Positions 13,629-26,859 of a stretch of 64,000 nt of DNA are shown in pieces; position 1 is the stretch's first letter; each line of letters starts with the position of its first letter. The position numbers were made by a program, and so were the translations under genes. The notes beneath the pieces are model-generated. The model had not been told where the DNA came from and ran no database searches. It was given only the letters and a program-made list of their open reading frames with translations. Source of the stretch: Eledone cirrhosa (Eukaryota); contig OZ024763.1 in assembly GCA_964016885.1 (NCBI GenBank), forward strand, positions 992,001 to 1,056,000, written 5' to 3'.

Positions 13629-13846
13629 GACGTATGTGGTGATGCTCCTGATGAAAGTACTTGATTATTCCAACATCTTCATATATATACCAAATATGTA
13701 TATATACAATGTGGTCTACCTTTTGATAACTGCTATAGATCAGTCAATATATCAATATCATCAACCCTCCGAAACTATCGTAAAACAATGAATGAGATAT
13801 GTTAAATAACTTGACTTTGTTATCATTGTTTAAAAAAACTAATATG

Positions 13847-13884
<38 letters not shown>

Positions 13885-13899
13885 TAATGTGTAATACAT

Positions 13900-13931
<32 letters not shown>

Positions 13932-14263
13932 CATCATTCATTTCATCATTTCATTTTACATCCGCTTTTCCCTGCTTGCAAGGGTGGGACAGGAACTGAT
14001 TCTGGCTTGATTTCTACAGCTGGATGCCCTTCCTAACACCAACCTCATTTACAGTGAGTGCTGGGTGCTTTTTTGCCGTGGCACCTCCACGACCACTTTA
14101 CAGTGGAATGATAGGGACCCCAGTCCTAATCATCTCATTTCTACAGCTAGTAAACTGGTAAACTGGAGCAATGTGAAATAAAGTGTCTTGCTCAAGGAAA
14201 CAACACATCACCCGTTCTGAGAATTGAACTCACAACCTTTCGAATGCAAGGCCAATGCTCTAA

Positions 14264-14266
<3 letters not shown>
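13932..14266 (-). mobile_element. tRNA-derived CORE-type SINE with RTE-derived 3' tail
   Basis: Minus strand reads: tRNA-like head with B box gagttcaattc, CORE-like tccttgagcaagacacttt..tgctccagt, and tail cttgcaagcagggaaaagcgg..(tga)n. Confidence 0.75.
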
Positions 14267-14294
<28 letters not shown>

Positions 14295-14297
<3 letters not shown>

Positions 14298-15600
14298 GGT
14301 GTTCGGGATAAATTTGACAGAATAATATTTGGTTGTTTTTTCAGATGTTTTAAATTCATTCATGCCCACTAGGCTTTATTTGAAAGTTTAAACCCTCCTT
14401 CATTCATATATGTGATGACAATGAGAATGGATGACTGGGAGCCACCTGAATCATGAAAGAGAATAACTTGTATCATGATGATTCGCGCCGCCCATCAAAA
14501 TAAGGAGATTATGGTCGCTGCTCAATGCTCCCTGAACACTGTAAAAACAATCCGGCATGAACTGGAGAATTGCAATGGAGACTACGAGGCTGTGGCTAGA
14601 AGAAAGAAACATAACAGAAGATCTGATTGCTCTCGCACAGCAGAATTCATCGAAAATCTACAGAAAAAAGTGTTGGAGGACCCTGGCATCGGAATTCGGT
14701 CTTTATCGCGTGAATTGAATGTTTCAGCCTCTACTATGAAAATTGCACTCAATGAATACCTTCGCTACTACTCATACAAGCGTCGCAGAGGTCAACTTCT
14801 CACAGAAAAGGCCCGCGAAAATCGTCTGACAAAGGCGAAGAAACTTCTGAGCAAAGTGAAATATCCTGCTGAAGCACAAACAATCTGGTTCTTTTCCGAT
14901 GAGAAAAACTTTTGCCAAGATCAAAAACACAACACGCAGAATAACAGATGACTTGCATACAGTTCAAAGGACACTCCTCGAGTCATGCAGACTAAATTTT
15001 CCCAAACTGTCATGGTTTTTGGATGTGTGTCCTCCGAGGGTGATGTGATGCCTCCACATTTTTTCAAACAGGGTCTCAGGTTGAATTCAGATGCCTACGT
15101 GGAATTGCTAACCACTGTAGTTAAGCCCTGGATAACAAGGGTAACCAATAATAGGCCGTATGTATGGCAGCAGGATTCGGCCCCCTGCCACACCTTGGGG
15201 AAAAGTAAAAAATGGTTGTCAGCCAATTTTTACGACTACACCAGTCCCAATGTTTGGCCTCCGAACTCCCCTGATCTTAACCCGATGGACTATTATGTAT
15301 GGGGCGCTGTAGAGAAAGACACCAATCGCCGTGCCAGTACTACAAAAGCCCAGTTAATCGACAGAATTAAAGTAGTTTTTGAGGGCCTTCCCAGGGAAAG
15401 TGTAAAATCAGCTTGCTCCAGGTTCTGGGCCCGGATTGAGGCTGTAATAGACGCTAATGGCGGTTATTTTGAGTAAAACTCTTTGACAATAGTGTAATTT
15501 CCTTGTCCATTGAATTTCTTTTAAATCAAATAAATTTTGTAGATACCAAGCACTTTTTCTTTTTCCTGATGAAACTGTCAAATTTATCCCGAACACCCTG
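14295..15600 (+). mobile_element. Full-length Tc1/mariner DD37D (maT) transposon; transposase 14415-15476 with two TGA stops
   Basis: Perfect 26-bp TIRs cagggtgttcgggataaatttgacag flanked by TA. Catalytic motifs FSDEK, QQDSAPCH and SPDLNPMDY have 37 residues between the 2nd and 3rd Asp. In-frame TGA at 14454 and 14949. Confidence 0.95.
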
Positions 15601-15631
15601 TATATATATATATATATACACATATATATGT

Positions 15632-16135
15632 ATTGACAAAGAAGGGTTTCTCCTTACGAATGAAAGACCGGTTAAATGAAGCCTGTGTGAGATGCGCAAT
15701 ACTGCATGGTAGTGAGACTTGGGCAGCAACTGCGGAGGATATGTGACGGCTGGAGAGAAATGAAGCAAGCATGCTCCGATGGATGTACAATGTCAATGTG
15801 CGTGAATGACGAAGCATAGATGAGTTGAGGGAGAAACTGTGTATAAGAGGGATAAACTGTAGTGTGTGGGAGATAACACTGCATTGGTATGGACATGTGA
15901 TGTGCATGGAGGATGACCACTGGGTAAAGAAGTACCATGAAATCCCAGTGGAAGGAAGACGCAGTAGAGGAAGACCACAAACATCATGGGCAGATGTGGT
16001 GAAGGCTGACCGCAGATAGCTTAAACTCTCAGAAGAAAAGATGAAGTACCATGACAAATGGAGAGATGCTGTGCTGAAAAGGACCTGTCCCACTCTTGCA
16101 AGCAGGGAAAAGCGACGTAAAATGATGATGATGAT
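15632..16135 (+). pseudogene. RTE LINE 3' fragment with (atg)n tail
   Basis: LHGSETWA, LHWYGHVM and GRPQTSW with stops. Similar pieces at 28730-28960 (+), 29500-30480 (+), 50855-51440 (-) and 53300-53525 (-). Confidence 0.85.
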
Positions 16136-16544
16136 ATATATATCTATATATATATATATATATATACACACAAAAACATTAATATATGAAGATATTCTTT
16201 CCCCCATTAATCAACAAAGGAAAGCTGCCTTACCTGTGTATGTCTTTATTATAATTAGGGGTTCAAATCCCGTCGAGGTTAACTTTGCCTTTCATCCTTA
16301 CGGGGTCGATAAAATAAAGTACCAGTAATGCACTGGGGTAATTGCTGGCCTTGTGCCAAAAGTAGAAACAATTATATTTAGGGGTTGGGGGTAAAGAAAG
16401 TTTATTTCAAAGATAACAACAGTTTTATATTTGTTTATATAACTTTAATTACTAAAAATAAAATGTAGAAAAAAATCTATTAGAAAATATATTAAATTTA
16501 TGAGTTGAAAAAAAAAAATTGTCTGGTATTTTCATAGATTCACA

Positions 16545-17620
16545 ACAAACCAACCACCACCACCACTGCTACAACCACCAACCACCACCACTGCCACAAT
16601 CACCAACCACCACCACCACTGCTACAACCACCAACCACCACCACTGCCACAATCACCAACCACCACCACTGCCACAACCACCAACCACCACTACCACTGC
16701 TACAACCACCAACCACCACCACTGCCACAACCACCACCACTGCCACAACCACCAACCACCACCACAACCACCACCACTGCCACAACCACCAACCACCACC
16801 ACCACTGCTACAACCACCAACCACCACCACTGCCACAACCACCAACCACCACCACTGCCACAATCACCAACCACCACCACTGCCACAACCACCAACCACC
16901 ACTACCACTGCTACAACCACCAACCACCACCACTGCCACAACCACCACCACTGCCACAACCACCAACCACCACCACAACCACCACCACTGCCACAACCAC
17001 CAACCACCACCACCACTGCTACAACCACCAACCACCACCACTGCCACAACCACCAACCACCACCACTGCCACAACCACCAACCACCACCACCACTGCTAC
17101 AACCACCAACCACCACCACTGCCACAACCACCAACCACCAGCACTGCCACAACCACCAACCACCACCACAACCACCACCACTGCCACAATCACCAACCAC
17201 CACCACTGCCACAACCACCAACCACCACTACCACTGCTACAACCACCAACCACCACCACTGCCACAACCACCACCACTGCCACAACCACCAACCACCACC
17301 ACAACCACCACCACTGCCACAACCACCAACCACCACCACCACTGCTACAACCACCAACCACCACCACTGCCACAACCACCAACCACCACCACTGCCACAA
17401 CCACCAACCACCACCACCACTGCTACAACCACCAACCACCACCACTGCCACAACCACCAACCACCAGCACTGCCACAACCACCAACCACCACCACAACCA
17501 CCACCACTGCCACAACCACCAACCACCACCACCACTGCTACAACCACCAACCACCACCACTGCCACAACCACCAACCACCACCACTGCCACAACCACCAA
17601 CCACCACCACCACCACTGCC
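16545..17620. repeat. (CCA)n-based compound microsatellite with higher-order blocks (ccactgccacaacc/ccactgctacaacc)
   Basis: About 1.07 kb that is almost entirely C and A on the plus strand. Confidence 0.95.
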
Positions 17621-17995
17621 GCTTTGGCCCCACGGGAGGGCCTCAGGGAACAACTGGAAACCATTCTCAATATTTATGGTAAATCCTAAACCCCCCCCAA
17701 AAAAAATAATAATAATTAAATATGTTTAGCTGCATATTATATATGAAATATTTCTTATCCAATATACAGGGTGTTCTGCAAAAAATGTATACACATATTT
17801 ATTAGAATGTTGTTGAAGTGTGTATACAGTTTTTGGGACACCCAGTTTGGATGAAGCTGTTGAAACGGCCGGAGCTCAGCCATCGGGGTACTGAATGTTT
17901 TCCTATTACCAACTCTACTACCCCAAGTATTGAGTACTCTGGTGCGTTATGGTCCACCTGGTATCGTACCACACTCTCTTCGTTATATATATATG

Positions 17996-18050
<55 letters not shown>

Positions 18051-18070
18051 TTATTTATAAAACTGCTTAT

Positions 18071-18147
18071 ATATTGTATTTTATCTGAAGAAGGCATGCC
18101 ATATTTTTAATATGGTATCCCTGAAATATGTATAATGAAATAAATAT
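18071..18147 (+). ncRNA. Type I hammerhead ribozyme motif (Penelope-like context)
   Basis: Stem I tattttat/atgaaata, extendable. Core CTGAAGA at 18085-18091. 14-bp stem II aggcatgccatatt/aatatggtatccct with one mismatch. GAA at 18123-18125. Short stem III ata-tg-tat; cleavage triplet AUA ending at 18134. Confidence 0.75.
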
Positions 18148-18269
18148 GGTTTTATAAATATAGTTTCCATTTGTTTAATATCGTATATCTACTCCAAAAC
18201 TTGTTGAGTGCTTTATATCAGTTATAAAATATTTACTCGTTGTAACCCAACAATTTTAAATAAAACTTT

Positions 18270-18304
<35 letters not shown>

Positions 18305-18647
18305 TAAAATAACAGATTAAAGTTTAAGCAAAGAATCGCTGCTTTCACCCTTAATGGGATCTTCTGAAACTAACAAAGTCAATCTGTAAACGCAGAAGTG
18401 AATATTTAAAAAAACGTTGCAAGCAGAGGAAGACAGGAAGACGATACTTTGGCTCGTGGAAACGTTCCCCGGCAAAGAACGGGAAAAAACGAATATAATA
18501 CGTCATTATAAACGAATATAAACTTTAATCTGTTATTTTAATAAATATTTGCTCTACAGTTCTTATATATTTGATATATATTTATCCTTATCGAGCCCTC
18601 TTTGGATTTTAGTCTTCAAATTTATTATTATTACTATATATATATAT

Positions 18648-18980
18648 CATCATTTCATTTTACATCCGCTTTTCCCTGCTTGCAAGGGTGGGACGGGAAC
18701 TGATTCTGGCTTGATTTCTACAGCTGGATGCCCTTCCTAACACCAACCTCATTTACAGTGAGTGCTGGGTGCTTTTTTGCCGTGGCACCTCCACGACCAC
18801 TTTACAGTGGAATGATATGGATCGCAGTCCCTATCAACTCATTTCTACAGCTGAGTAAACTGGAGCAATGTGAAATAAAGTGTCTTGCTCAAGGAAACAA
18901 CACATCACCCGGTCTGAGAATTGAACTCACAACCTTTCGATTGCAAGGCCAATGCTCTAACCACTAAGCCACGTGCCTCC
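18648..18980 (-). mobile_element. Full-length copy of the CORE-type SINE
   Basis: Head ggaggcacgtggcttagtggttagagc (A box) and B box; near-identical to the 13932 and 52865 copies. Confidence 0.8.
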
Positions 18981-18982
18981 AT

Positions 18983-19039
<57 letters not shown>

Positions 19040-19846
19040 ATAAATCAGGATTCATTCAGTTTGAAACTAGTTAGACCATTACTCAACAGAGTACTCAGTA
19101 GAGTAGGGTTATATTATAAAGAGTTGGGACCCGATGGCTGAGCTCCTGCTGATTCAACAGCTAGTTTCAGAGTCATTATAATATATATATAATAAGTGTT
19201 TCTACTTTTGGCACAAGGCCAGCAATTACCCAGTGCATTACTGGTACTTTATTTTATCGACCCCTTAAGGATGAAAGGCAAAGTTAACCTCGGCGGGATT
19301 TGAACTCAGAATGGAAAGGGCCGTAAATAATGATAATGATAAAAGGACGATTTGTTATGTCTTCATTACATTTATTGGTTGGTGACACGTGTTTCACTAT
19401 TGATCAGCTCAAGGTTCGATCTGTATTGCTCTGGCCTGACTCTGGAATCAAAAGCTCGTTGGACCTTTTAACAGATGTCAAACTACACATTGAGTGCTCA
19501 CTCGGGTGAACCCACAGTAACTGCACGTTACATTCCCTAGATATATATATATATCATCGTCTTTGTTTAACGTCCATCTTCCACGCTAGCATGGGTTAGA
19601 CAAGAGTTATCCCACTTGAGGCAAGGTTGGTTGGGTGACCGTGTCTCGCTCATGTAGGACTATCTGGCAGGTTTTCTACGGCTGGATGCCCTTCCTAACA
19701 CCAACCACATTTACAGTGTGGAACTGGGAACTTTTTACCGTGTTACCTACACGACCACATTTCAGCGTGGACTGTGTGTTTTTTGTTGTGACACCTACAC
19801 GAACTCGATCTCATTATCTCATTTATTTGGACTGGATGTTGTGGTA

Positions 19847-19901
<55 letters not shown>

Positions 19902-20312
19902 AAAATGGACGAATACAATCAACTATATATATATCATCATCATCATCGTTTAACGTCTATCTTCCATGCTTTTATATATATATAAAAGCAGTCAGGCAGT
20001 ATATATATAGTTCAGAACAACGGAAAACAGACAAACGCAGGAATAAATGTTACAAGTTTTATTAGTTTCACGCTTGGTGAGACTGAGGTGTGTGGTTGTG
20101 GTGTTTCGGGCATAAGCCCCTCATCTGGAGAGTGGGTGGTGGGGTATATATGTATATGAGTCCTGGGTTCAATCAGGGGCAACCACAGTCAGTAAGGTAC
20201 TCAATACATTAGTAGAGTGTAAACATCGTGTTTAATATAGCAATGGCTTCTACAGGACTAGAACTGTTTCATTCAAAAGAAATCATCAGGCTTTCCTGAT
20301 AATTTCTTTTGG

Positions 20313-20343
<31 letters not shown>

Positions 20344-20983
20344 ATAATAATAAATGTAAAGACTAAAATCCAAAGAGGGCTCGATAAGGATAAATATATA
20401 TCAAATATAAGAATCCTAGAGCAAATATTTATAACAGATTAAAGTTTAATCGCTGCTTTCACCCTTAACAGAAGATCCCGTTAAGGGTGAAAGCAGCGAT
20501 TCTTTGCTTAAACTTTAATTTTAAATTATATATATACACACACACCAAGCACACGAATTCATTCCCCCCCACCCACCACCACTACCATTACAATTTCTCT
20601 ATATTTCACTTTTTCTTTCGTGTACTATCAATTAATCTCACCTCTAAGATTCTGGCAATCGACTTTTTTCCCTGGAGAACGTCGAGGGAGGGCGGGAGAG
20701 GTGACACTCGGAGTTTTCTCTCCATTATTTTTTTTTATTTTTTTATATAAGTAATGTTTTTTTAATATTTAAAGAAAATTAATTGTCGCAGAAATGCAAC
20801 TACTTAAAATAAAATTTCGTCGGTGAAAGATGAGAAAAAAATTTGATAAGCAGGGTGGGGCGGGACACGATTATTCAAGACCCGATATATATATATATAT
20901 ATACTTACGAAAAGTATAGTGTACATATAATAAGGATTTTCTGTCCTACATTCCGACAGAAGATGAAAAACTGCTATCAAAAC

Positions 20984-21118
<135 letters not shown>

Positions 21119-21798
21119 GTGTGTGTAAGTGCGTGTATGAGGTTAAGGAACTTGGTTAGCAACCAGTTGTTTATGAGTTCAGTTCCTTTGTGTGGAACCT
21201 TGGCCAAATGTCTTCTACTATAGCCCAAGCGTTGATAAATGTCTCGAGGGAATTTTAATTTAAACTATAAGATGAATGGATTTTAAATACCAAAAATTAA
21301 TAGAAAATTCAACGAAATAATCCAAAATTAGTTGATCGTAAGGGCCATTTCTACACTTTCTACGTTCTGTTTTTAGTTTTGATGTGGTTCTGAGTTACAG
21401 ATTATTTATTAAATTATTTAAATATACATATATTACAGAGAAAAAGAGGAAAACGAAAGAAAAGGGAACATATATACGTAATACATACGCATATACATGT
21501 ATAAACATACACGTATATATATAATACATACACATGCACACATTACACATATAGATTTATAAACACACACATAATACAGACACATACATATACATTTGCA
21601 CACACATACATATGATAATACATACACATGTAGATTTATAAACAGAGGTATATATATAATACGTACACATACATATACATACATATATATATATATAAAC
21701 AGAGGTATGTATGTATATAATTTGATATGGTTACAAGTACATATATCGGACCTTACATTGAGGGTGGAAACATTACGTACTTTTGGGGGGTTTAATTG

Positions 21799-23058
21799 CT
21801 AATCCTCATCGGGGTAGGCCCCTTTCGCACCCACACATTTAGCCCAGCGGTCCTTCCATTGTTCAAAACATGTCTGGAATGTCTTTACTGGGATGGCTCT
21901 CAGTTCCTCTGTCGTAGTCCGAATAATATCTTCTCGGCTCTCAAAACGGCAGCCTTTAAATTGTATCTTCATTTTGGGGAACAACCAGAAGTCAAAAGGA
22001 GCCATGTCTGGTGAAAAGGGGGCCTGGCGAATTAGCGAAACACCTTTCTTTGCCAGGAAACGTTGGATGAGCTGCGACGAATGAGCCGGGGCATTGTCAT
22101 GATGTAGCTGCCAGTGAAGCGAGGCCCATAAATCCGGTCTTTTGTATTGAACTGCATCACACAGACGTCGGAGGACCTCCTGATAGTACTCCTTTGTAAC
22201 TGTTTGTCCTTCTGGTGCGTATTCGTGGTGCACAACTCCCCGGTAGTCGAAGAAGATGGTCAACATCACCTTGATTTTTTTCCGCATCTGACGTGCTTTT
22301 TTCGGTTTTGGCGATTCTGTAGATTGAGCTTTCGGTTCAGGGTCGTACGCATACACCCACATTTCATCTCCTGTTATCATGGTATTCAGAAACTCAGGGT
22401 CCTTGTTGGCAGTATCAAGCAGATCCTGCGCAACTTCAAGACGAACTTCTTGTTGTTCCTGGGAAAGTTGCTTGGGCACAAATTTCGCTGCTACTCTCCG
22501 CAAACCCAAATCTTCCTTTAGAATTGTATGTGCAGAATCTTTACTGATTTGAACATCGTCCCCGATTTCTCGGAGTGTTAAACGACGATCTTCTTTAATC
22601 AACGTCCGAACTTTCTCAATAACAACCGCATTACGACTCGTTGAGGGTCTCCCTGACCTCTGGTCACTCTCTATCGACGTGCGACCGTCTCTGAATCTAT
22701 TGTACCATTCTTTTATTTGGGTAACACCCATGGATTCTTCACCAAAAGCCTGTTGAATTTTGCGGATGGTTTCCACCTGACTATCCTCAAGTTTTTGGCA
22801 AAATTTGATGCAACATCGTTGCTCCGTACGTTCTGTCATTACGAGACGAGTAAATATTTATTTACAATATATTTTCCTCCACGCCGGTTTCGCCTGACAG
22901 CGGGCGACCTAAATAACACGCATGCGCATCACTGTATGCTACAAATTAATAAATAAATAAACAAATAATATTGTCTCCCCAACGTCATTACTTCCCCCAG
23001 TGGGTGGGGTGGGGGGTTGTTAAAATGGAAGTCGGATACTTTTTCGACAGACAGCGCC
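21799..23058 (-). mobile_element. Mariner DD34D transposon with an open 346-aa transposase ORF (21799-22839)
   Basis: EQRCCIKFC HTH, RSGRP, AKFVPK, TGDE, HHDNAPAH, SPDMAPFDF (34-residue spacing). A TIR-like end lies at about 23028-23058; no matching TIR was found at the 3' side. Confidence 0.9.
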
Positions 23059-23713
23059 TGTGTGTGTGTAAATACAAAGAGAGATACACAATAAGTATGT
23101 GTTTAATATTTTCTACACATATTATAAAGAGTTGACACCCCGACGGCTGAGCTCCTGCCGTTTCACAACTAGATAGACAGACAGAGGGATAGATAGATAG
23201 ATAGATAGACAGGCAAATAGATAGATAGACAGATAGATAGATGTATGTGAGAGAGAGAGGTAACAAGTATGTGTTTAATATTTTCCCCATATAAAGTCAT
23301 TCCAAGTTGAATTTACCGAAGTTTCGACTTGATGTTACAAATCTCATAATTTTTGTTTTTTTCTACTAAATTGTCCATATTGCGTCTCTCGTTTACAAAC
23401 TACACTTGTGTGTAACTAAAAAATTATATATAGATTTGTCTATATATATATATTAAATAGATAGATAGATAGATAATATATATATATATATATATATAAT
23501 GTAGGAGGTGAGTTTTATTGTAGTACAATAAAGCAATGCAGATATCGGAAAAGATATGTTGATTTAAAACTGCACTATTCACAAGTGTTTTTTAACCTTC
23601 ATACCATGTCTTCCTATTTTATCTGATGAAAACACAAATGTTATTGCATGATGATATTTGTTTTTGAAATGCACATAATAAAATACATGGAACTCTTTTA
23701 ACCATCTTTTGAT

Positions 23714-23750
<37 letters not shown>

Positions 23751-24860
23751 AACCCAACGAAACTTAAGTACCTGTATGTCACTTGTAAATAATTATATAT
23801 ATATATATATTAATTAATATATATATTAATTATTATATATATATATATATTAATTAATATATATATTAATTAATACATATATTAATTAATTAGTCTCTAA
23901 TACTTAAACAGCTCAATGAAAGGAATCTTTCGGAGTAGCAATATTATATATTAAAATTAATTGAGATAAAAATCTATTACATAATATATATGGAGGGAGA
24001 AATAGCTAGCGTGTGTGTTTGTGTGAGAGAGAGAGAGATTTAATATTCGTAAGACCTACGGTCAAGCTTTAAACATGTTAAGCTTGACCACAGGGCTTAT
24101 TCGTAATGAATACAAAATATATCTCCACTCCGCTTTCCTCAAAGTATGGAGGACAAACTTGAAAAATGGGTTTACTAGTCTTTAATAGCATCTCATCGTG
24201 TATATATCTATATCTATCTATTTTTTATCACCAGGGGTACTTTAGCCGATTTTCTCAAGTATTATTTACAGTGGCCATTTAGGATGATTTGCGCTGGGAC
24301 ACGAACATTTCAATATCCCCAATGTTATATATATATTATAAAGAGTGAGGAACCCGATAGACCATAACGCACCAGAGTACTCAATACTCAATACTTAGGG
24401 TAGTAGAGTGGGTAATAGGAAAAAGTATGACCCCGACGACGACAGAGCTCAAGCCGTTTCGACGGTTATTTCAGTCCAGAAATAGCCGTCGAAACGGCTT
24501 CAGCTCTGCCGTCGGGGGTCATACTTTTTCCTATATATATATATATATATATATATACATACATATAAAATTATCTAATAGATGTGAGTGTGTGTTATGC
24601 CGCAATTAATGTGAAACCAATTTTTAAAAATGTTTTCTAATAAAGCTATTTATTAACATAAGTAAAAGATCGGCAACTGTTTTATCGACCAAAACACACA
24701 GAAGTAGTTTTAATAAATATATTTAAAGTATTACTATATTTCGTAACACTCATCATTTAATTTATATTAAGATTTTTTTTTAAACGCCCCAAAATAAAAT
24801 ATCGCCAAATCCACACGCACACAAATATTAAGTCATAAATAAATGTGTGTATTATATATA

Positions 24861-24930
<70 letters not shown>

Positions 24931-25002
24931 GATCGATGAACTAGCTGTTGAAACGGCAAAAGCTCAGCCATCGGGTCCCGACTCTTTATAATATATACAC
25001 AC

Positions 25003-25041
<39 letters not shown>

Positions 25042-26194
25042 TGTATATGTGTGTGTCTGTGTGTATATATATTACAGTTTGAGATATGTTGCGAGTAAAG
25101 AATTTTATGTGTGTGTGTGTACGTAATATAGATGATAATCAAACAAGAAACACGTACACACACATATATACACACACACACATCTACATATAAATATATA
25201 TATATATATGTGTGTGTATGTGTGTGTGTGTATGTATATATATATATTATATATATATTCCAATCACGCACACACCTACATCTACACATATAAATATATA
25301 AGTTGTGGGTACAAACGAAAGAGCTATGAAATGATAGCAGATAGCTGTGGAAGCTGTTAATATTTATATTGACAGCCCAGTTTAAAACGACAAGCTATTT
25401 TTCTATTTTTTCAGATGTGATGAAAAAAAACAATATTGGGCTTTTAAATTTGATCTCAATTAAAGTGCCCGTGGTAGAAATATTTCTTTTTCTTCTTCAA
25501 CAACTTGCTTCTTCCCCTTTGGTCAGTGGGCACTTAGCAAAAAAATAATTAAACACACACTCATTCTTACAGATTGAATGCAAGGAGAAAAGAGGAGAAA
25601 AGAAGAGAAAAAACTGTACACAGTTCACTATTTTGGTGTTCCAAAGGTGGAAGATTGATTCTTTTAAAAGTATTATTATAATAATTAATAATAATTTACA
25701 ACATAATAACATCAATATTAATATGTGTGCACTATCATATATGAATATAATTATATATAAATTTATAACATCGTCTATTTTCACCTCTTCACCTTGTTTT
25801 AACTGTCACAGTTGAAATTTCTCTACAACTAACTTTATCAGCTTAGCTATATATCCATTACCTTAAAGAAATCTCCACTTCGTTGAAACCAGGTAAAAAA
25901 AACCACAACAACTTATATTACCCTTAAAATTTGATGCTTACATAAATACTTTATTATATGTAGTTTAAATCTTTTTTTTATTTTTCAGAAATTCTTCGTG
26001 GTTTTTTTCTCTCTCTTCTCTATCTCTCATCATTTTATATTTATCTATTAACGATCTCCTAATACTTCATATAAGTTTCACACGCAAATTTTCACGAAAT
26101 GCTTAACCATGATAAATTCTTTGATCAAGCTTGTCCTTCTCCAAAAGACCATATCTGCCGGTGGGAGCATTCATCTTTATAAAGGAAAGTAGCA

Positions 26195-26234
<40 letters not shown>

Positions 26235-26859
26235 TACGTTTATATATATATATATATATAATATGTAGGATGATTTCGCACGAATGAAACAGTTCTAGTC
26301 CTGTGGAAGTCAATTATACATTATATATCCCCCCAAAAATGTATACACACTTTAACAGCATTCTAATCAAAATGTGTATACATTTTTAGGGGACACTCTA
26401 TATATATACACTTTATCGATAATAATTATCTGACAACTTGTCTGCTTGGCATTTTTCATGAAATGCTATACATATAAATAAATATACATGTGTACAGTTA
26501 CATGTATGTGATGTGTATACATGAATGCATACATGTACGTATGTATATATATATATATTTGTATATCATTTTAGCCATGAATCTACATCAGTGACTCAAG
26601 GACCAAGAGTTTCGTGATTAAAGTACAACCTAATGCTATATATATATATAGGTATGTATGTGTTTATTTCTCTCTCACTCTCTCTTTATATATATATGTA
26701 TGTATGCGGTGCCCCAGCATGGCCTCAGCCAGATGGCTGGAACAGGTAAAGGAGTATATATTATATACCCATGCTAGCGTGGAAAATTGACATTAAACGA
26801 TATATACACACACACACACACACACATGTAATGTATATACAGACACATATATATATATG

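Noticed and set aside
16519-17682. His/Pro/Thr-rich and Gly/Trp/Val-rich ORFs
   Set aside because: Translations of a (CCA)n microsatellite, with no splice or domain support.
18895-18980. tRNA gene (A/B boxes on the minus strand; also about 53170-53253 and 50190-50320)
   Set aside because: These are tRNA-derived SINE heads continuing into CORE and LINE-tail sequence, or degenerate fragments without a proper cloverleaf.
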